Of a DNA stretch of 38,790 bases, positions 1 to 8,756 are shown piece after piece (positions within the stretch are counted from its first letter, which is position 1; every line of letters begins with the position of its first letter). This stretch comes from an uncultured Candidatus Saccharibacteria bacterium. Lineage in GTDB: Bacteria > Patescibacteriota > Minisyncoccia > UBA6257 > WO2-44-18. The position numbers and the translations under genes are program-made. Where the stretch lies: NCBI GenBank assembly GCA_964361795.1, contig CAYIBZ010000001.1, positions 27,149 through 65,938 of the forward strand. The letters are read 5' to 3'. The notes under the pieces are model-generated. The model saw nothing but the letters and a program-made list of their open reading frames with translations, was not told the DNA's origin and ran no database searches.

Positions 1-1383
1 CCGGCTTATTTTGACGACAGCCAGCGGCAAGCCACTAAAAATGCCGGAGAAATTGCCGGCTTGAAAGTCCAGCGCATTCTCAATGAACCGACCGCCGCGG
101 CTTTGGCCTACGGCCTAAATAAAAAAAAGAATGAAAGAATCGTTGTCTATGATTTTGGCGGCGGCACTTTTGATGTTTCGGTATTAGAAGTCGGCGATGA
201 TACTGTGGAAGTAAAATCTACCGGCGGCGACACTCATCTGGGCGGCGATGATTTTGATAAAAAAATTATAGAGTATTTAGTTAATGAATATAAAAAACAG
301 GAAGGGGTTGACCTTTCAAAAGACGCTTTGGCGCTCCAGCGGCTGAAAGAAGCGGCCGAAAGGGCCAAACACGAATTATCCACTTCATTTGAAAGTGAAA
401 TCAACCTTCCGTATATAACTTCGGACGCGTCCGGCCCGCGCCATTTTTTAATGAAGCTTACTCGGGCGAAACTGGAAGAATTAGTGAATAATCTCATAGA
501 CCGTTCCGTGGAAATTCTTGATAAAACCATCAAGGAGGCCGGATTTGGCGTTAAAGAGATAAATGAAATAGTTTTAGTCGGCGGCCAAACCAGAATGCCG
601 GCAATGCAGGAAGCGGTTAAAAAATATTTCGGCAAAGAACCGCATAAAAATCTTAATCCCGATGAAGTTGTGGCTCTTGGCGCCGCGGTTCAGGCCGGAA
701 TTTTACAGGGAGAGGTTAAAGACGTTTTATTGCTGGACGTCACTCCGCTTTCTTTAGGCATTGAAACGATGGGCGGCGTAATGACTAAAGTAATTGAAAA
801 AAACACCACTGTGCCAACGGCTAAATCGCAAGTCTTTTCTACCGCGGGAGACAGCCAAACTTCGGTAGAAATTCATGTTCTGCAAGGTGAAAGGCCAATG
901 GCGGCGGACAATAAAACTTTAGCCAGATTCATCCTTGACGGCATCCCGCCCGCTCCGCGCGGAGTCCCTCAAATTGAAGTTACGTTTGATATTGACGCCA
1001 ACGGCATTGTCAGCGTCTCCGCGAAAGATAAAGCCACGAATAAATCCCAATCCGTGAGAATTGAAGCCAGCACCGCTTTATCAAAAGAAGAGATTGAAAA
1101 ACTAAAAAATGAAGCCGCTCAACACGCGGAAGAAGACAAAAAAAAGAAAGATTTGGTTGAAGCCAAAAATCAAGCCGAACAGCTTGTTTACTTAGCCGAA
1201 AAATCCTTGAAAGACGCTGGAGAAAAAGTCAGCGCCGAAATTAAAGAATCTATTAGTAAAAAAATTGACGCCATTAAAGCGGTGAAAGACGGGCAGGATG
1301 TGAACGCGATTAAAACCGCCGTTGAAGAACTTTCAAAAGAAGTTCAAAAAATTGGATCGTCAATGTATGGAAAAAAGGAATAA
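1..1383 (+). CDS. dnaK: Molecular chaperone DnaK (Hsp70); N-terminus lies upstream of the window
   Basis: Frame is open from base 1 ([20 protein letters not shown] precedes the listed ORF). Hsp70 signatures [52 protein letters not shown]. Stop TAA 1381-1383. Confidence 0.95.
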   Translation, partial: PAYFDDSQRQATKNAGEIAGLKVQRILNEPTAAALAYGLNKKKNERIVVYDFGGGTFDVSVLEVGDDTVEVKSTGGDTHLGGDDFDKKIIEYLVNEYKKQEGVDLSKDALALQRLKEAAERAKHELSTSFESEINLPYITSDASGPRHFLMKLTRAKLEELVNNLIDRSVEILDKTIKEAGFGVKEINEIVLVGGQTRMPAMQEAVKKYFGKEPHKNLNPDEVVALGAAVQAGILQGEVKDVLLLDVTPLSLGIETMGGVMTKVIEKNTTVPTAKSQVFSTAGDSQTSVEIHVLQGERPMAADNKTLARFILDGIPPAPRGVPQIEVTFDIDANGIVSVSAKDKATNKSQSVRIEASTALSKEEIEKLKNEAAQHAEEDKKKKDLVEAKNQAEQLVYLAEKSLKDAGEKVSAEIKESISKKIDAIKAVKDGQDVNAIKTAVEELSKEVQKIGSSMYGKKE

Positions 1384-2290
1384 GCTTATCGCTCTTTTTG
1401 GCGCCTCCGCGCTGTCGGCGCTCCTCTTTGGTTTTGCGTTTAAGGCCTTTATTCAAAATAACGGCTTGATCTTTTGGATTTTGGCCGGTTTCAGCGCCAT
1501 TCTTTTTTTAGCCATCGCAGTTATTGTCGCGTTATTGGTCAAACGCCCTATTTTTGGGTTTAGCGTCATGGCTGTTGACATGGCCGCAATGCTGATAATT
1601 TTTTACGAACATTTTTCTTTGGCTCTCCTTATTTCTTTTTTCGTATCCGCGGCGCTTTTAATGTTCGGGTATAGCCGCGGACAGCAAGACCTTAAAAATA
1701 ATCTAAACTTAAGATTTATAAAAACCGCTGAATCTGTTTTGGGGCCGGCCTCATCGGCTTTGGCGATTTTCGCGATTTTGCTTTATATTTCCATGATTAA
1801 TTTAAAGGATCCGACAGCGGCAAAACAGAATTTAGAAATAATTGCCAAGCCGTCTGAAACTTTTGTCAGGCCGTACATTCCAAATTTCTCGCTGCAAAAC
1901 TCGCTAAATCAAATTGCCGCTAAACTGCTTCCAAAAGAGTTAGCTTCCGCCCCGCAGGAATTAAAAAATCAGTTCATCCAAGAATCTTCCATTCGTTTAA
2001 GCGAGATTGTCGGAAATTTTACCAATCTTTCCGTTAAAAGCAGCGATCGGGTTATTGATATAATTTATAAAGCGACCATCGACCGACTTTTAAATTTACC
2101 CGCCCTCCAGCAAAATCTCGTGCTCTTTGCCGCCGGCGTTTTTTTATTTTTATTAATTAGGTTTGCCTTAATTTTTGTTAATTGGATTTCTATCGGCTTG
2201 GCTTTCGGAATTTATAAAATTCTTCTAGCCGCTGGTTTTTGCAAAATTATTTTACAAAATCAGCCGAAAAATGTTATAGTGTTAGAGTAA
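1367..2290 (+). CDS. Multi-pass membrane protein, unknown function
   Basis: Listed ORF 1322-2290 overlaps the dnaK end; first ATG is at 1367 (MEKRNK). Several long hydrophobic segments (e.g. [58 protein letters not shown]). No family recognised. Confidence 0.55.
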   Translation: MEKRNKLIALFGASALSALLFGFAFKAFIQNNGLIFWILAGFSAILFLAIAVIVALLVKRPIFGFSVMAVDMAAMLIIFYEHFSLALLISFFVSAALLMFGYSRGQQDLKNNLNLRFIKTAESVLGPASSALAIFAILLYISMINLKDPTAAKQNLEIIAKPSETFVRPYIPNFSLQNSLNQIAAKLLPKELASAPQELKNQFIQESSIRLSEIVGNFTNLSVKSSDRVIDIIYKATIDRLLNLPALQQNLVLFAAGVFLFLLIRFALIFVNWISIGLAFGIYKILLAAGFCKIILQNQPKNVIVLE

Positions 2291-2294
2291 TTAA

Positions 2295-3380
2295 ATGAAG
2301 GACTATTATCGCATTTTAGGAGTGGAGAAAAGCGCCTCTGATGAGGAAATTAAAAAAGCTTATAGAAAATTAGCTCACCAGTATCACCCGGATAAAACCG
2401 GCGGCGACGCGAATAAGTTTAAAGAAATTAACGAAGCTTACCAGATACTTTCTAACCAAGAAAAACGTTCGCAATACGATCGTTTTGGTCGGGTTTTTTC
2501 CTCTGGCGGTGATGACCAATCTGGCGGTTCGCCATTTGGCGGATTTGAGTTTGGCTTTGATCCGTCAAATTTGGAAGACGTTGGCAATATTAGCGATATT
2601 TTTGACGCGTTTTTTGAAGGCTTAGGCGTTAAGAAACGTAAAACTTACCGCCGGGGAGCCGATCTGGAAGTTGTTCAAGAAATTTCCTTGGAAGAAGCGT
2701 TCAGCGGCGCCGCGAAAACCATCTCGATAAAAACATTTGTCAGCTGCGGCAAATGTTCTGGAATCGGTTATTTTGAAAAAGAGGGCTTAACAACTTGTTC
2801 CGCCTGCGATGGCCGGGGAGAAATTAGAGAGTCCCGTTCAACATTTTTTGGCAACTTTTCTCAAATTCGGGCTTGCGCCAAGTGCGGCGGCGCCGGCCAA
2901 ATACCCAATAAACATTGTTCTGCCTGCAGAGGATCGGGCCGGCTGACAGGAGAAAAAAACCTAACAATAGACATAGCGCCTGGCGTTAGCGATTCCCAGC
3001 TGTTAAAAATTTCCAAAGAAGGAGAAGTTGGCGAACGGGGCGCGGATAAAGGAGATTTGTACGTTCGCATCAAAATAAAACCTCATAAAATTTTTGAAAG
3101 AAGAAATAACGACCTTGTCATTAAAAAAGAAATTGGTTTTGTAGACGCTGTTTTGGGAAATAAGATTGAGATTTCGGAAATTTCCGGACAAAAGCTTTAT
3201 ATAGAGATTCCTCCGGGTTTTAATTTGCGCGAAACCTTAAAAATTCCCGGACACGGCATGAATAAATTTGGCGGTTTCGGCAGGGGAGACTTATTAATAG
3301 AGTGGCAGATTAAAACCCCCAGAAAAATCAATCCAAAAGCCAAAAAACTTTTAGAAGAATTAAACGGAGAATTTGAATAA
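2295..3380 (+). CDS. dnaJ: Co-chaperone DnaJ
   Basis: J domain with HPD (QYHPDK), G/F-rich linker, four CxxCxGxG zinc-finger repeats (CGKCSGIG, CSACDGRG, CAKCGGAG, CSACRGSG), C-terminal client-binding domains. Confidence 0.95.
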   Translation: MKDYYRILGVEKSASDEEIKKAYRKLAHQYHPDKTGGDANKFKEINEAYQILSNQEKRSQYDRFGRVFSSGGDDQSGGSPFGGFEFGFDPSNLEDVGNISDIFDAFFEGLGVKKRKTYRRGADLEVVQEISLEEAFSGAAKTISIKTFVSCGKCSGIGYFEKEGLTTCSACDGRGEIRESRSTFFGNFSQIRACAKCGGAGQIPNKHCSACRGSGRLTGEKNLTIDIAPGVSDSQLLKISKEGEVGERGADKGDLYVRIKIKPHKIFERRNNDLVIKKEIGFVDAVLGNKIEISEISGQKLYIEIPPGFNLRETLKIPGHGMNKFGGFGRGDLLIEWQIKTPRKINPKAKKLLEELNGEFE

Positions 3381-3388
3381 AAAAACTC

Positions 3389-3787
3389 CTACTTCTTATA
3401 AAGAATTAGGAGCCCGAATAATCTAATCTGATTATCCGCGTCCAAAACCGTTAGAGGAAATGACGCAACTACAATTTTCTGGAGATTTGCCGCTTGCCAT
3501 TTATTTTTTCTGTCAATTGCCTGATGCAACGCTTGGTTGAGATCTTTGCCTAACAAATTATCCACGTTCACAAAAACACTTCCGCAATTATCGTCGTAAA
3601 CCTCTTTTGTGTTATTCACATTAGGCGCAAGCACGTTACCGTATTCGGAGACTGGCGGGCCTGATTTTTTTTCTGTTTCTTGAGAATAAGCGCTTATTCC
3701 CGCAAGAAAAATAAACCCTAAAACCAATATTATCAGAAAAACAGCTAGTCCGGCTTCCATAAACTTCTCCGAAAAGAGCCGATTCAA
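3389..3787 (-). CDS. Hypothetical membrane-anchored or secreted protein
   Basis: 132-aa ORF with one N-terminal hydrophobic helix (GLAVFLIILVLGFIFLAGISAY). No motif recognised; start codon uncertain. Confidence 0.45.
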   Translation of the reverse strand: MNRLFSEKFMEAGLAVFLIILVLGFIFLAGISAYSQETEKKSGPPVSEYGNVLAPNVNNTKEVYDDNCGSVFVNVDNLLGKDLNQALHQAIDRKNKWQAANLQKIVVASFPLTVLDADNQIRLFGLLILYKK

Positions 3788-3808
3788 TAGTAAGATCTGG
3801 CCAGTTAT

Positions 3809-4027
3809 TTGTCAATTTCTTTCCAATATATTAAACTATTAAAATCTAGGTCCCCATGGCTCAATTGTATATTGCCAAATAAGTTAAAAAGTTTTACAAG
3901 TAAAAATAGCGGGTTTTGGCAGTTGATATATAGTGAAAAGTACGATACTAGGGAAGAAGCAATAACTCGTGAGTACGAATTAAAAAGTTTCCGTGGCAGA
4001 GAATTCATTAAAAAATTCATAGCGTAA
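3809..4027 (+). pseudogene. Decayed GIY-YIG (UPF0213/YhbQ-like) nuclease gene
   Basis: The C-terminal half FWQLIYSEKYDTREEAITREYELKSFRGREFIKKFI matches the conserved end of small GIY-YIG proteins. The N-terminal motifs are split across frames: YIKLLKS is in frame, AQLYIAK is in another frame and followed by TAA. The segment after HNSG-like SKNSG is missing. Confidence 0.45.
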
Positions 4028-4029
4028 AT

Positions 4030-4129
4030 CATATATTCTCTGGTGCCCCCATAGCTCAATGGTAGAGCAGCTGCCTTTTAAGCAGTTGACCAAGGTTCGA
4101 TTCCTTGTGGGGGCACCAGAGAATATATG
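4030..4129. repeat. 15-bp perfect inverted flanks enclosing tRNA-Lys
   Basis: 4030-4044 CATATATTCTCTGGT is the exact reverse complement of 4115-4129 ACCAGAGAATATATG, so the acceptor stem extends to 22 contiguous bp. Confidence 0.85.
4045..4118 (+). tRNA. tRNA-Lys (anticodon UUU), CCA encoded
   Basis: Manual cloverleaf: acceptor GCCCCCA/TGGGGGC, D arm GCTC-AATGGTA-GAGC, anticodon arm GCTGC-CTTTTAA-GCAGT, T arm CAAGG-TTCGATT-CCTTG, discriminator A, CCA. Confidence 0.9.
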
Positions 4130-4130
4130 T

Positions 4131-4189
4131 GTCCCATAGCTCAATGGTAGATCCGCCAACTGGCGGATCGATTCCTTGTGGGGACATCA
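4131..4189 (+). pseudogene. tRNA-Lys-derived remnant or tRNA-like element
   Basis: Shares GTCCCATAGCTCAATGGTAGA and CGATTCCTTGTGGGGACA with the adjacent tRNA-Lys. The anticodon arm and the 5' T-stem are replaced by the hairpin GATCCGCC-AACT-GGCGGATC. A T-run follows at 4196-4204. No canonical cloverleaf is possible. Confidence 0.5.
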
Positions 4190-4246
4190 GTAGGTCTTTT
4201 TTTTAAACAAAGAATTTGCTAGTATCTTTATATTCTTTTTCTGGCA

Positions 4247-5470
4247 ATGAAATATAATCCAAAGCTTATTTTATTTGTCGTAGTCGTTCTGGCAATCTTC
4301 GCCGGCTTTTTTGTCTATCCAAAAGGATTTGGAGAAAAATTTTTGCCATGGAAACTTGGACTGGATTTGGTAGGCGGCAGTTATTTGGTGTATGAAGTTG
4401 ATATGTCTGGCGTTCTTTCTGGAGACCGAAATTCCGTTTTGAATGGGTTAAGAGATGTGATGGAAAGACGCGTTAATGTTTTTGGAGTCAGCGAACCACG
4501 GGTAACAACCGCCAAAAAAGGAGATTCTTATCAGCTAACGGTAGAATTAGCTGGGATTAAAAACTTAGAAGAAGCAATCCAGCAAATAGGACGAACCGCT
4601 CTTTTAGATTTTCGCGCCGTTAAGCAGGCGGAGGAAAAAGCGGATTTTGTGAAAACTGAACTGACCGGAAGATACCTTCAAAGCTCGCAAGTCGCCAGCG
4701 ATCCGACAACCGGCATACCGATCATTCTAATAAAATTCAACGGTGAAGGCGCTCAAATTTTTGAAGAACTGACTGCCGCGAATGTTGGAAAACCTTTAGC
4801 GATATTTTTGGACGACAACCTAATTTCCATGCCAACGGTTCAGGAAAAAATTTCCGGCGGCGACGCCCAGATTTCCGGCCAATTCAGTTTTCAAGAAGCG
4901 CGTCAGCTTGTCAGCCTGTTTAATGCCGGCGCCTTGCCAGCTCCCGTTAATTTAATCGGCCAGCAAACTATCGGCGCCTCTCTCGGCATTGATTCTTTGA
5001 CAAAATCAATTTGGGCGGGACTCATCGGAAGCGCGGCTATTATTGCCTTTATGATTTTATATTACCGGCGCCTTGGACTGGTTTCTTCGTTAGTTCTGGT
5101 TATTTACATCGTACTGACTCTTGCCGTCTTCAAACTCTTTGGCATAACAATGTCGTTATCCGGCATAGCGGGCTTTATTTTGTCCATTGGCATGGCCGTG
5201 GACGCGAACATTCTAATTTTCGCCCGCACCAAAGAAGAATTAAAAAAGGGACTGTCAATGACCGCCTCTCTTGAAGAAGGATTTAAAAGAGCTTGGACAT
5301 CAATTAGGGATTCAAACATTTCAACAATTTTAACCTCTGTTATCTTGTACTATCTTACCTCCAGTTTCGTTAGGGGATTTGCTTTGGCTTTGTTGATCGG
5401 CGTGCTTCTTAGCATGTTCAGCGCGATTACTGTCAGCCGCGCGGTCCTAAGAGTTTTTATTAAAAATTAA
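4247..5470 (+). CDS. secD: Protein translocase subunit SecD
   Basis: N-terminal TM, periplasmic domain (LGLDLVGG, RVNVFGVSEP), C-terminal 5-TM block with GMAVDANILIFAR; immediately followed by secF. Confidence 0.9.
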   Translation: MKYNPKLILFVVVVLAIFAGFFVYPKGFGEKFLPWKLGLDLVGGSYLVYEVDMSGVLSGDRNSVLNGLRDVMERRVNVFGVSEPRVTTAKKGDSYQLTVELAGIKNLEEAIQQIGRTALLDFRAVKQAEEKADFVKTELTGRYLQSSQVASDPTTGIPIILIKFNGEGAQIFEELTAANVGKPLAIFLDDNLISMPTVQEKISGGDAQISGQFSFQEARQLVSLFNAGALPAPVNLIGQQTIGASLGIDSLTKSIWAGLIGSAAIIAFMILYYRRLGLVSSLVLVIYIVLTLAVFKLFGITMSLSGIAGFILSIGMAVDANILIFARTKEELKKGLSMTASLEEGFKRAWTSIRDSNISTILTSVILYYLTSSFVRGFALALLIGVLLSMFSAITVSRAVLRVFIKN

Positions 5471-5474
5471 TTCT

Positions 5475-6374
5475 ATGAACATTATTAAAAACAAATATAT
5501 CTTTCTGACAATTTCCGGATTATTGGTTTTGGCCAGTGTTATTTCTATTGGCTACTTTAATTTAAAGCCTGGCATAGATTTTTCCGGCGGAATCGCTTGG
5601 GAAATTAAATTTTCTGAAAAACCGGCGGCAAAAGGCGAGCTCCTGGATTTTTTCAATAATACGCTTCAGATAACAGACGCGGCAATTATTCCTCAAGAGG
5701 GGAATAATAATTTTTTAATCAGATTTAAAACCATCAGTGAAACCGAACATCAGCAATATTTGAAAAAAATTGAAGAAAAATTTGGGGCTTTAGAAGAGCT
5801 TCAGTTTCAAAATATCGGCCCGTCCGTTGGCGAAGAACTAAGGAAAAAATCGCTTTGGGCTTTTGGATTAGTGCTATTGGCGATTTCCCTTTACGTGGCT
5901 TTCGCGTTTAGAAAAGTGTCGCGCCCGGTTAGTTCTTGGAAATACGGCATCATCACGCTAGTAACTCTATTTCACGACGCTTTAATCCCGGCCGGAATGT
6001 TTGCCATGCTTGGGAAATTATTAAATGCCGAAGTTGATACTAATTTCGTTGTCGCGATTTTAGTCGTAATGGGATTTTCGGTGCACGATACCATTGTTGT
6101 GTTTGACCGCATCCGTGAAAATCTTCGGAATCAAAAAGACGGCCAATCCAGCTTTGAAAATTTGGTCAATCAAAGCGTTAACGAAACAATGTCACGCTCA
6201 ATCAACACTTCTTTAACTCTGGCCCTAACCCTTATTGCCTTATACATCTGGGGTCCGGACACTTTAAAGCTTTTTAATCTAGTCATTCTGGTTGGCACGG
6301 TAGTCGGCACCTATTCTTCCATATTTGTCGCCAGCCCCCTCTTGACTTTATGGCAAAAATCTAAGAAACTATAG
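5475..6374 (+). CDS. secF: Protein translocase subunit SecF
   Basis: N-terminal TM, GIDFSGG motif, C-terminal TM block with GFSVHDTIVVFDRIREN; 4-nt gap after secD. Confidence 0.9.
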   Translation: MNIIKNKYIFLTISGLLVLASVISIGYFNLKPGIDFSGGIAWEIKFSEKPAAKGELLDFFNNTLQITDAAIIPQEGNNNFLIRFKTISETEHQQYLKKIEEKFGALEELQFQNIGPSVGEELRKKSLWAFGLVLLAISLYVAFAFRKVSRPVSSWKYGIITLVTLFHDALIPAGMFAMLGKLLNAEVDTNFVVAILVVMGFSVHDTIVVFDRIRENLRNQKDGQSSFENLVNQSVNETMSRSINTSLTLALTLIALYIWGPDTLKLFNLVILVGTVVGTYSSIFVASPLLTLWQKSKKL

Positions 6375-6388
6375 AGTATTGCGCTCTA

Positions 6389-6417
6389 TTGACCTAAAAG
6401 ATATATTATGTTAAAAT
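6389..6417 (+). promoter_or_regulatory. sigma70-type promoter (TTGACC-17 nt-TAAAAT)
   Basis: -35 at 6389-6394, exact 17-nt spacer, -10 at 6412-6417 preceded by TGT; 16 nt upstream of ATG 6434. Confidence 0.6.
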
Positions 6418-6433
6418 CACCGAGTAAATAAAC

Positions 6434-7471
6434 ATGGCAGTGAATTACAACGTAAATCAACTGATTAAAGCGGTCTTGGCTGAAATGCCGGTACGGCATA
6501 AAAAAGTTATTGAAGGCCGTTATAGTCTTGCCGGAGGAGATCCATTAACACTAGCTGAACTAGGCGGCGCTTATAGTTTAACTCGCGAAAGAATTCGCCA
6601 AATTGAAGCTATCGCCCTAAAATCCATCCAGGAAAAAATAGGAAATGTTAATTTAGGGGGATTTGTAAAAGCCGCGGTTAACTATCTGAAATCCGTCGGC
6701 AACTTAAAGCGCGAAGATCTTTTAATTCGCGATTTATCTTTATTAGCGGAAGATAAAGATGAAACCGCCGGCGCCAGCCGGGTTAAGTTCTTACTGGAAG
6801 TTTGTGGAAAGTTTAACTACGCGAAAGAAACCGACAATTATCACGCTTATTGGTATTTAACTCCAGCGGATCAAAAAAAGGCAGTTGGGTTTGTCGTGAA
6901 AGTATTAAACGCGTGGAATTCCAGAAAAAACAACGCTGAATTAGCCGATTTCTACAAAACCTTTACGGCTCTAACAAAGTCTGCCGGAATCACGGAAGCC
7001 GTAGCTCTTAATTATTCTTCCTTATCTAAAGAAATTGCTATGAATTGCTACGGAGATCTTGGCCCTTCCTCTTCCTCAGAAATTAATCCAAAAACTTCTC
7101 GCGATTGGGCTTATTTGGTTTTAAAAAAGGAGAGCCGCCCCATCCACTTTACAGAATTGGCTCAGCTGATCGCCAAATTAAAATCTGGCTCAATTCACGC
7201 GCCGACAGTCCACAACGAATTAATTAAAGACGCAAGATTTGTTTTGGTTGGCAAAGGAACTTACAGTTTGAAAGAATTTGGAATTGTTCCCGGTACGGCT
7301 CGCGAAATTATAAACCATTATATTAAAAAGCACGGCCCGATGAAAGCGAAAGAAGTCGTGCAGTTAGTTCTTAAAGACCGTTTATTTAAAGAAAATACTA
7401 TCTTTATTAATCTGCAGAATAAAAGGCATTTTAAACGTTTGGATGACGGACGTTATACCACTCTGGTATAA
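6434..7471 (+). CDS. Sigma-70 region-4-like HTH fused to a C-terminal HARE-HTH domain
   Basis: The N-terminus (LTLAELGGAYSLTRERIRQIEAIALKSI) looks like sigma70 region 4.2. The C-terminus (DWAYLVLKKESRPIHFTELAQLI ... FVLVGKGTYSLKEFG) looks like the HARE-HTH of RNA polymerase delta/RpoE-type proteins. No sigma region 2 is seen. Confidence 0.6.
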   Translation: MAVNYNVNQLIKAVLAEMPVRHKKVIEGRYSLAGGDPLTLAELGGAYSLTRERIRQIEAIALKSIQEKIGNVNLGGFVKAAVNYLKSVGNLKREDLLIRDLSLLAEDKDETAGASRVKFLLEVCGKFNYAKETDNYHAYWYLTPADQKKAVGFVVKVLNAWNSRKNNAELADFYKTFTALTKSAGITEAVALNYSSLSKEIAMNCYGDLGPSSSSEINPKTSRDWAYLVLKKESRPIHFTELAQLIAKLKSGSIHAPTVHNELIKDARFVLVGKGTYSLKEFGIVPGTAREIINHYIKKHGPMKAKEVVQLVLKDRLFKENTIFINLQNKRHFKRLDDGRYTTLV

Positions 7472-7479
7472 TAATTGTT

Positions 7480-8739
7480 GTGGTTCTTCCTGAAATAGTG
7501 CAAGGCATTTTAAATACCATTTGGGATGTTTTTCAAGCAGTTTGGTGGATCATTGTTCCGCTAAGCCTGGTTTTTGTTTTCATAGAATTTTGGATTTATT
7601 ACGTATATGTTAAATACCTAAGGTCGCAAAAATGGGTTTTACTGGAAGTCAAAGTTCCAACCGGAATTGAAAAATCTCCTAAGGCCATGGAGCAGATTTT
7701 TTCAGCCGCCTACGGCATTTACTCTTTTGGCTTTCGGTTTACTCAAAAATACTTTGATGGCCATATTAAAGAAGATTGGATTTCATTTGAAATTGCCGGC
7801 TATAACGGCGGAGTGCATTTTTACATCAGAACGCCGGAGGGCGCCAGAAATTTATTGGAATCGGCGGTTTACGCCCAGTATCCCGACGCGGAAATCGTGC
7901 AATCTGAAGATTATATGGATCTTATGCCAAGAACTTTACCTAATCAAACCTTTGATGTCTGGGGAACGGACTATCATTTAATTAAGGATAACGCTTATCC
8001 TATCCGCACTTATGAATATTTTGAAGCGCCGGTGCCGGAAAAACGGCTTGATCCTATCGCCGCCTTAACAGAAGCAATGTCAAAATTGAAAAACGACGAA
8101 GCTATTTGGGTGCAAATTTTCATCAGGCCAGTCGGGCCGGAATGGAAGAAAGAAGCCGAAGCTGTCCGCGATAAACTTATTGGCCGCAAAAAACCCGCTC
8201 CGCCAATGCGCCTGATTGAAAGCGCTTTTATCCTTTTCAAAAATTTAATCAACGCTCCAATCCAGCATCCGCAATGGCCTGCCGAACTTAAGAAAGAAGA
8301 GAAAAACCTTATGTTGCTTCTAACGCCCGGTGAAAAGGAGATTGTTGAAGCAATAGAAAAAAAGGTGGCTAAATTGGCTTTCCAGACAAATATCCGCTTT
8401 CTTTATATTGATAAGAAAGACAGCTTCACTCGATCTAATATCGCGGCCACTATGTCCACTTTCCACCAGTTCAATGATCAAAATCTCAATGGCTTTCGGC
8501 CAAACCCAAACACCATTACTATTTCCAAAGGATTGTTTAAGAAAAAGAAGCTTTTTTACAAAAAACGCAAACTAAACGACGCGATCCGCCGAATGTACTG
8601 GCCCGGTAAAACTTCTATACTTAATATTGAAGAATTAGCGACTATTTATCATTTCCCAAGCATAGTCGTGGAAGCTCCTCTATTGCGTCGGGTTAGCACT
8701 AAACGAGGCGAACCGCCAGCCGGATTGCCGATAGAATAA
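7480..8739 (+). CDS. Membrane protein, probable partner of the downstream ATPase
   Basis: 419-aa ORF with GTG start and N-terminal TM helices (WWIIVPLSLVFVFIEFWIYYVYV). 17-nt gap to the ATPase gene. No motif recognised. Confidence 0.6.
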   Translation: MVLPEIVQGILNTIWDVFQAVWWIIVPLSLVFVFIEFWIYYVYVKYLRSQKWVLLEVKVPTGIEKSPKAMEQIFSAAYGIYSFGFRFTQKYFDGHIKEDWISFEIAGYNGGVHFYIRTPEGARNLLESAVYAQYPDAEIVQSEDYMDLMPRTLPNQTFDVWGTDYHLIKDNAYPIRTYEYFEAPVPEKRLDPIAALTEAMSKLKNDEAIWVQIFIRPVGPEWKKEAEAVRDKLIGRKKPAPPMRLIESAFILFKNLINAPIQHPQWPAELKKEEKNLMLLLTPGEKEIVEAIEKKVAKLAFQTNIRFLYIDKKDSFTRSNIAATMSTFHQFNDQNLNGFRPNPNTITISKGLFKKKKLFYKKRKLNDAIRRMYWPGKTSILNIEELATIYHFPSIVVEAPLLRRVSTKRGEPPAGLPIE

Positions 8740-8756
8740 TAATATAATCAAAAATC

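Noticed and set aside
234-635. Antisense ORF inside dnaK. The same class includes 2861-3073 and 3003-3191 in dnaJ, 5011-5274 and 5104-5319 in secD, 7667-7981 and 8010-8252 in the TM-protein gene, and 8776-9952 in the ATPase gene. It also includes 10990-11766 in mnmA, 12209-12634, 13600-13860, 14221-14448, 15260-15655, 16704-17015, 18186-18394, 19202-19550, 20054-20248, 20403-22422, 24409-24603, 28338-28526, 31691-31879, 32118-32378 and 32568-35356.
   Set aside because: All lie wholly within, or opposite to, ORFs with strong family motifs. They have low-complexity or odd composition and no start-site signals. They are shadow ORFs.
3805-4059. 84-aa minus-strand ORF opposite the GIY-YIG remnant.
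   Set aside because: It runs into the tRNA-Lys gene and has no motif. The plus strand carries recognisable GIY-YIG sequence.
4150-4157. GATCCGCC 8-mer opening three hairpins (4150, 13077, 25665) as a possible REP-like family.
   Set aside because: The motif also occurs inside a CDS at 8583 without a hairpin. The stems beyond the 8-mer are unrelated, which is too little to call a family without a genome-wide count.
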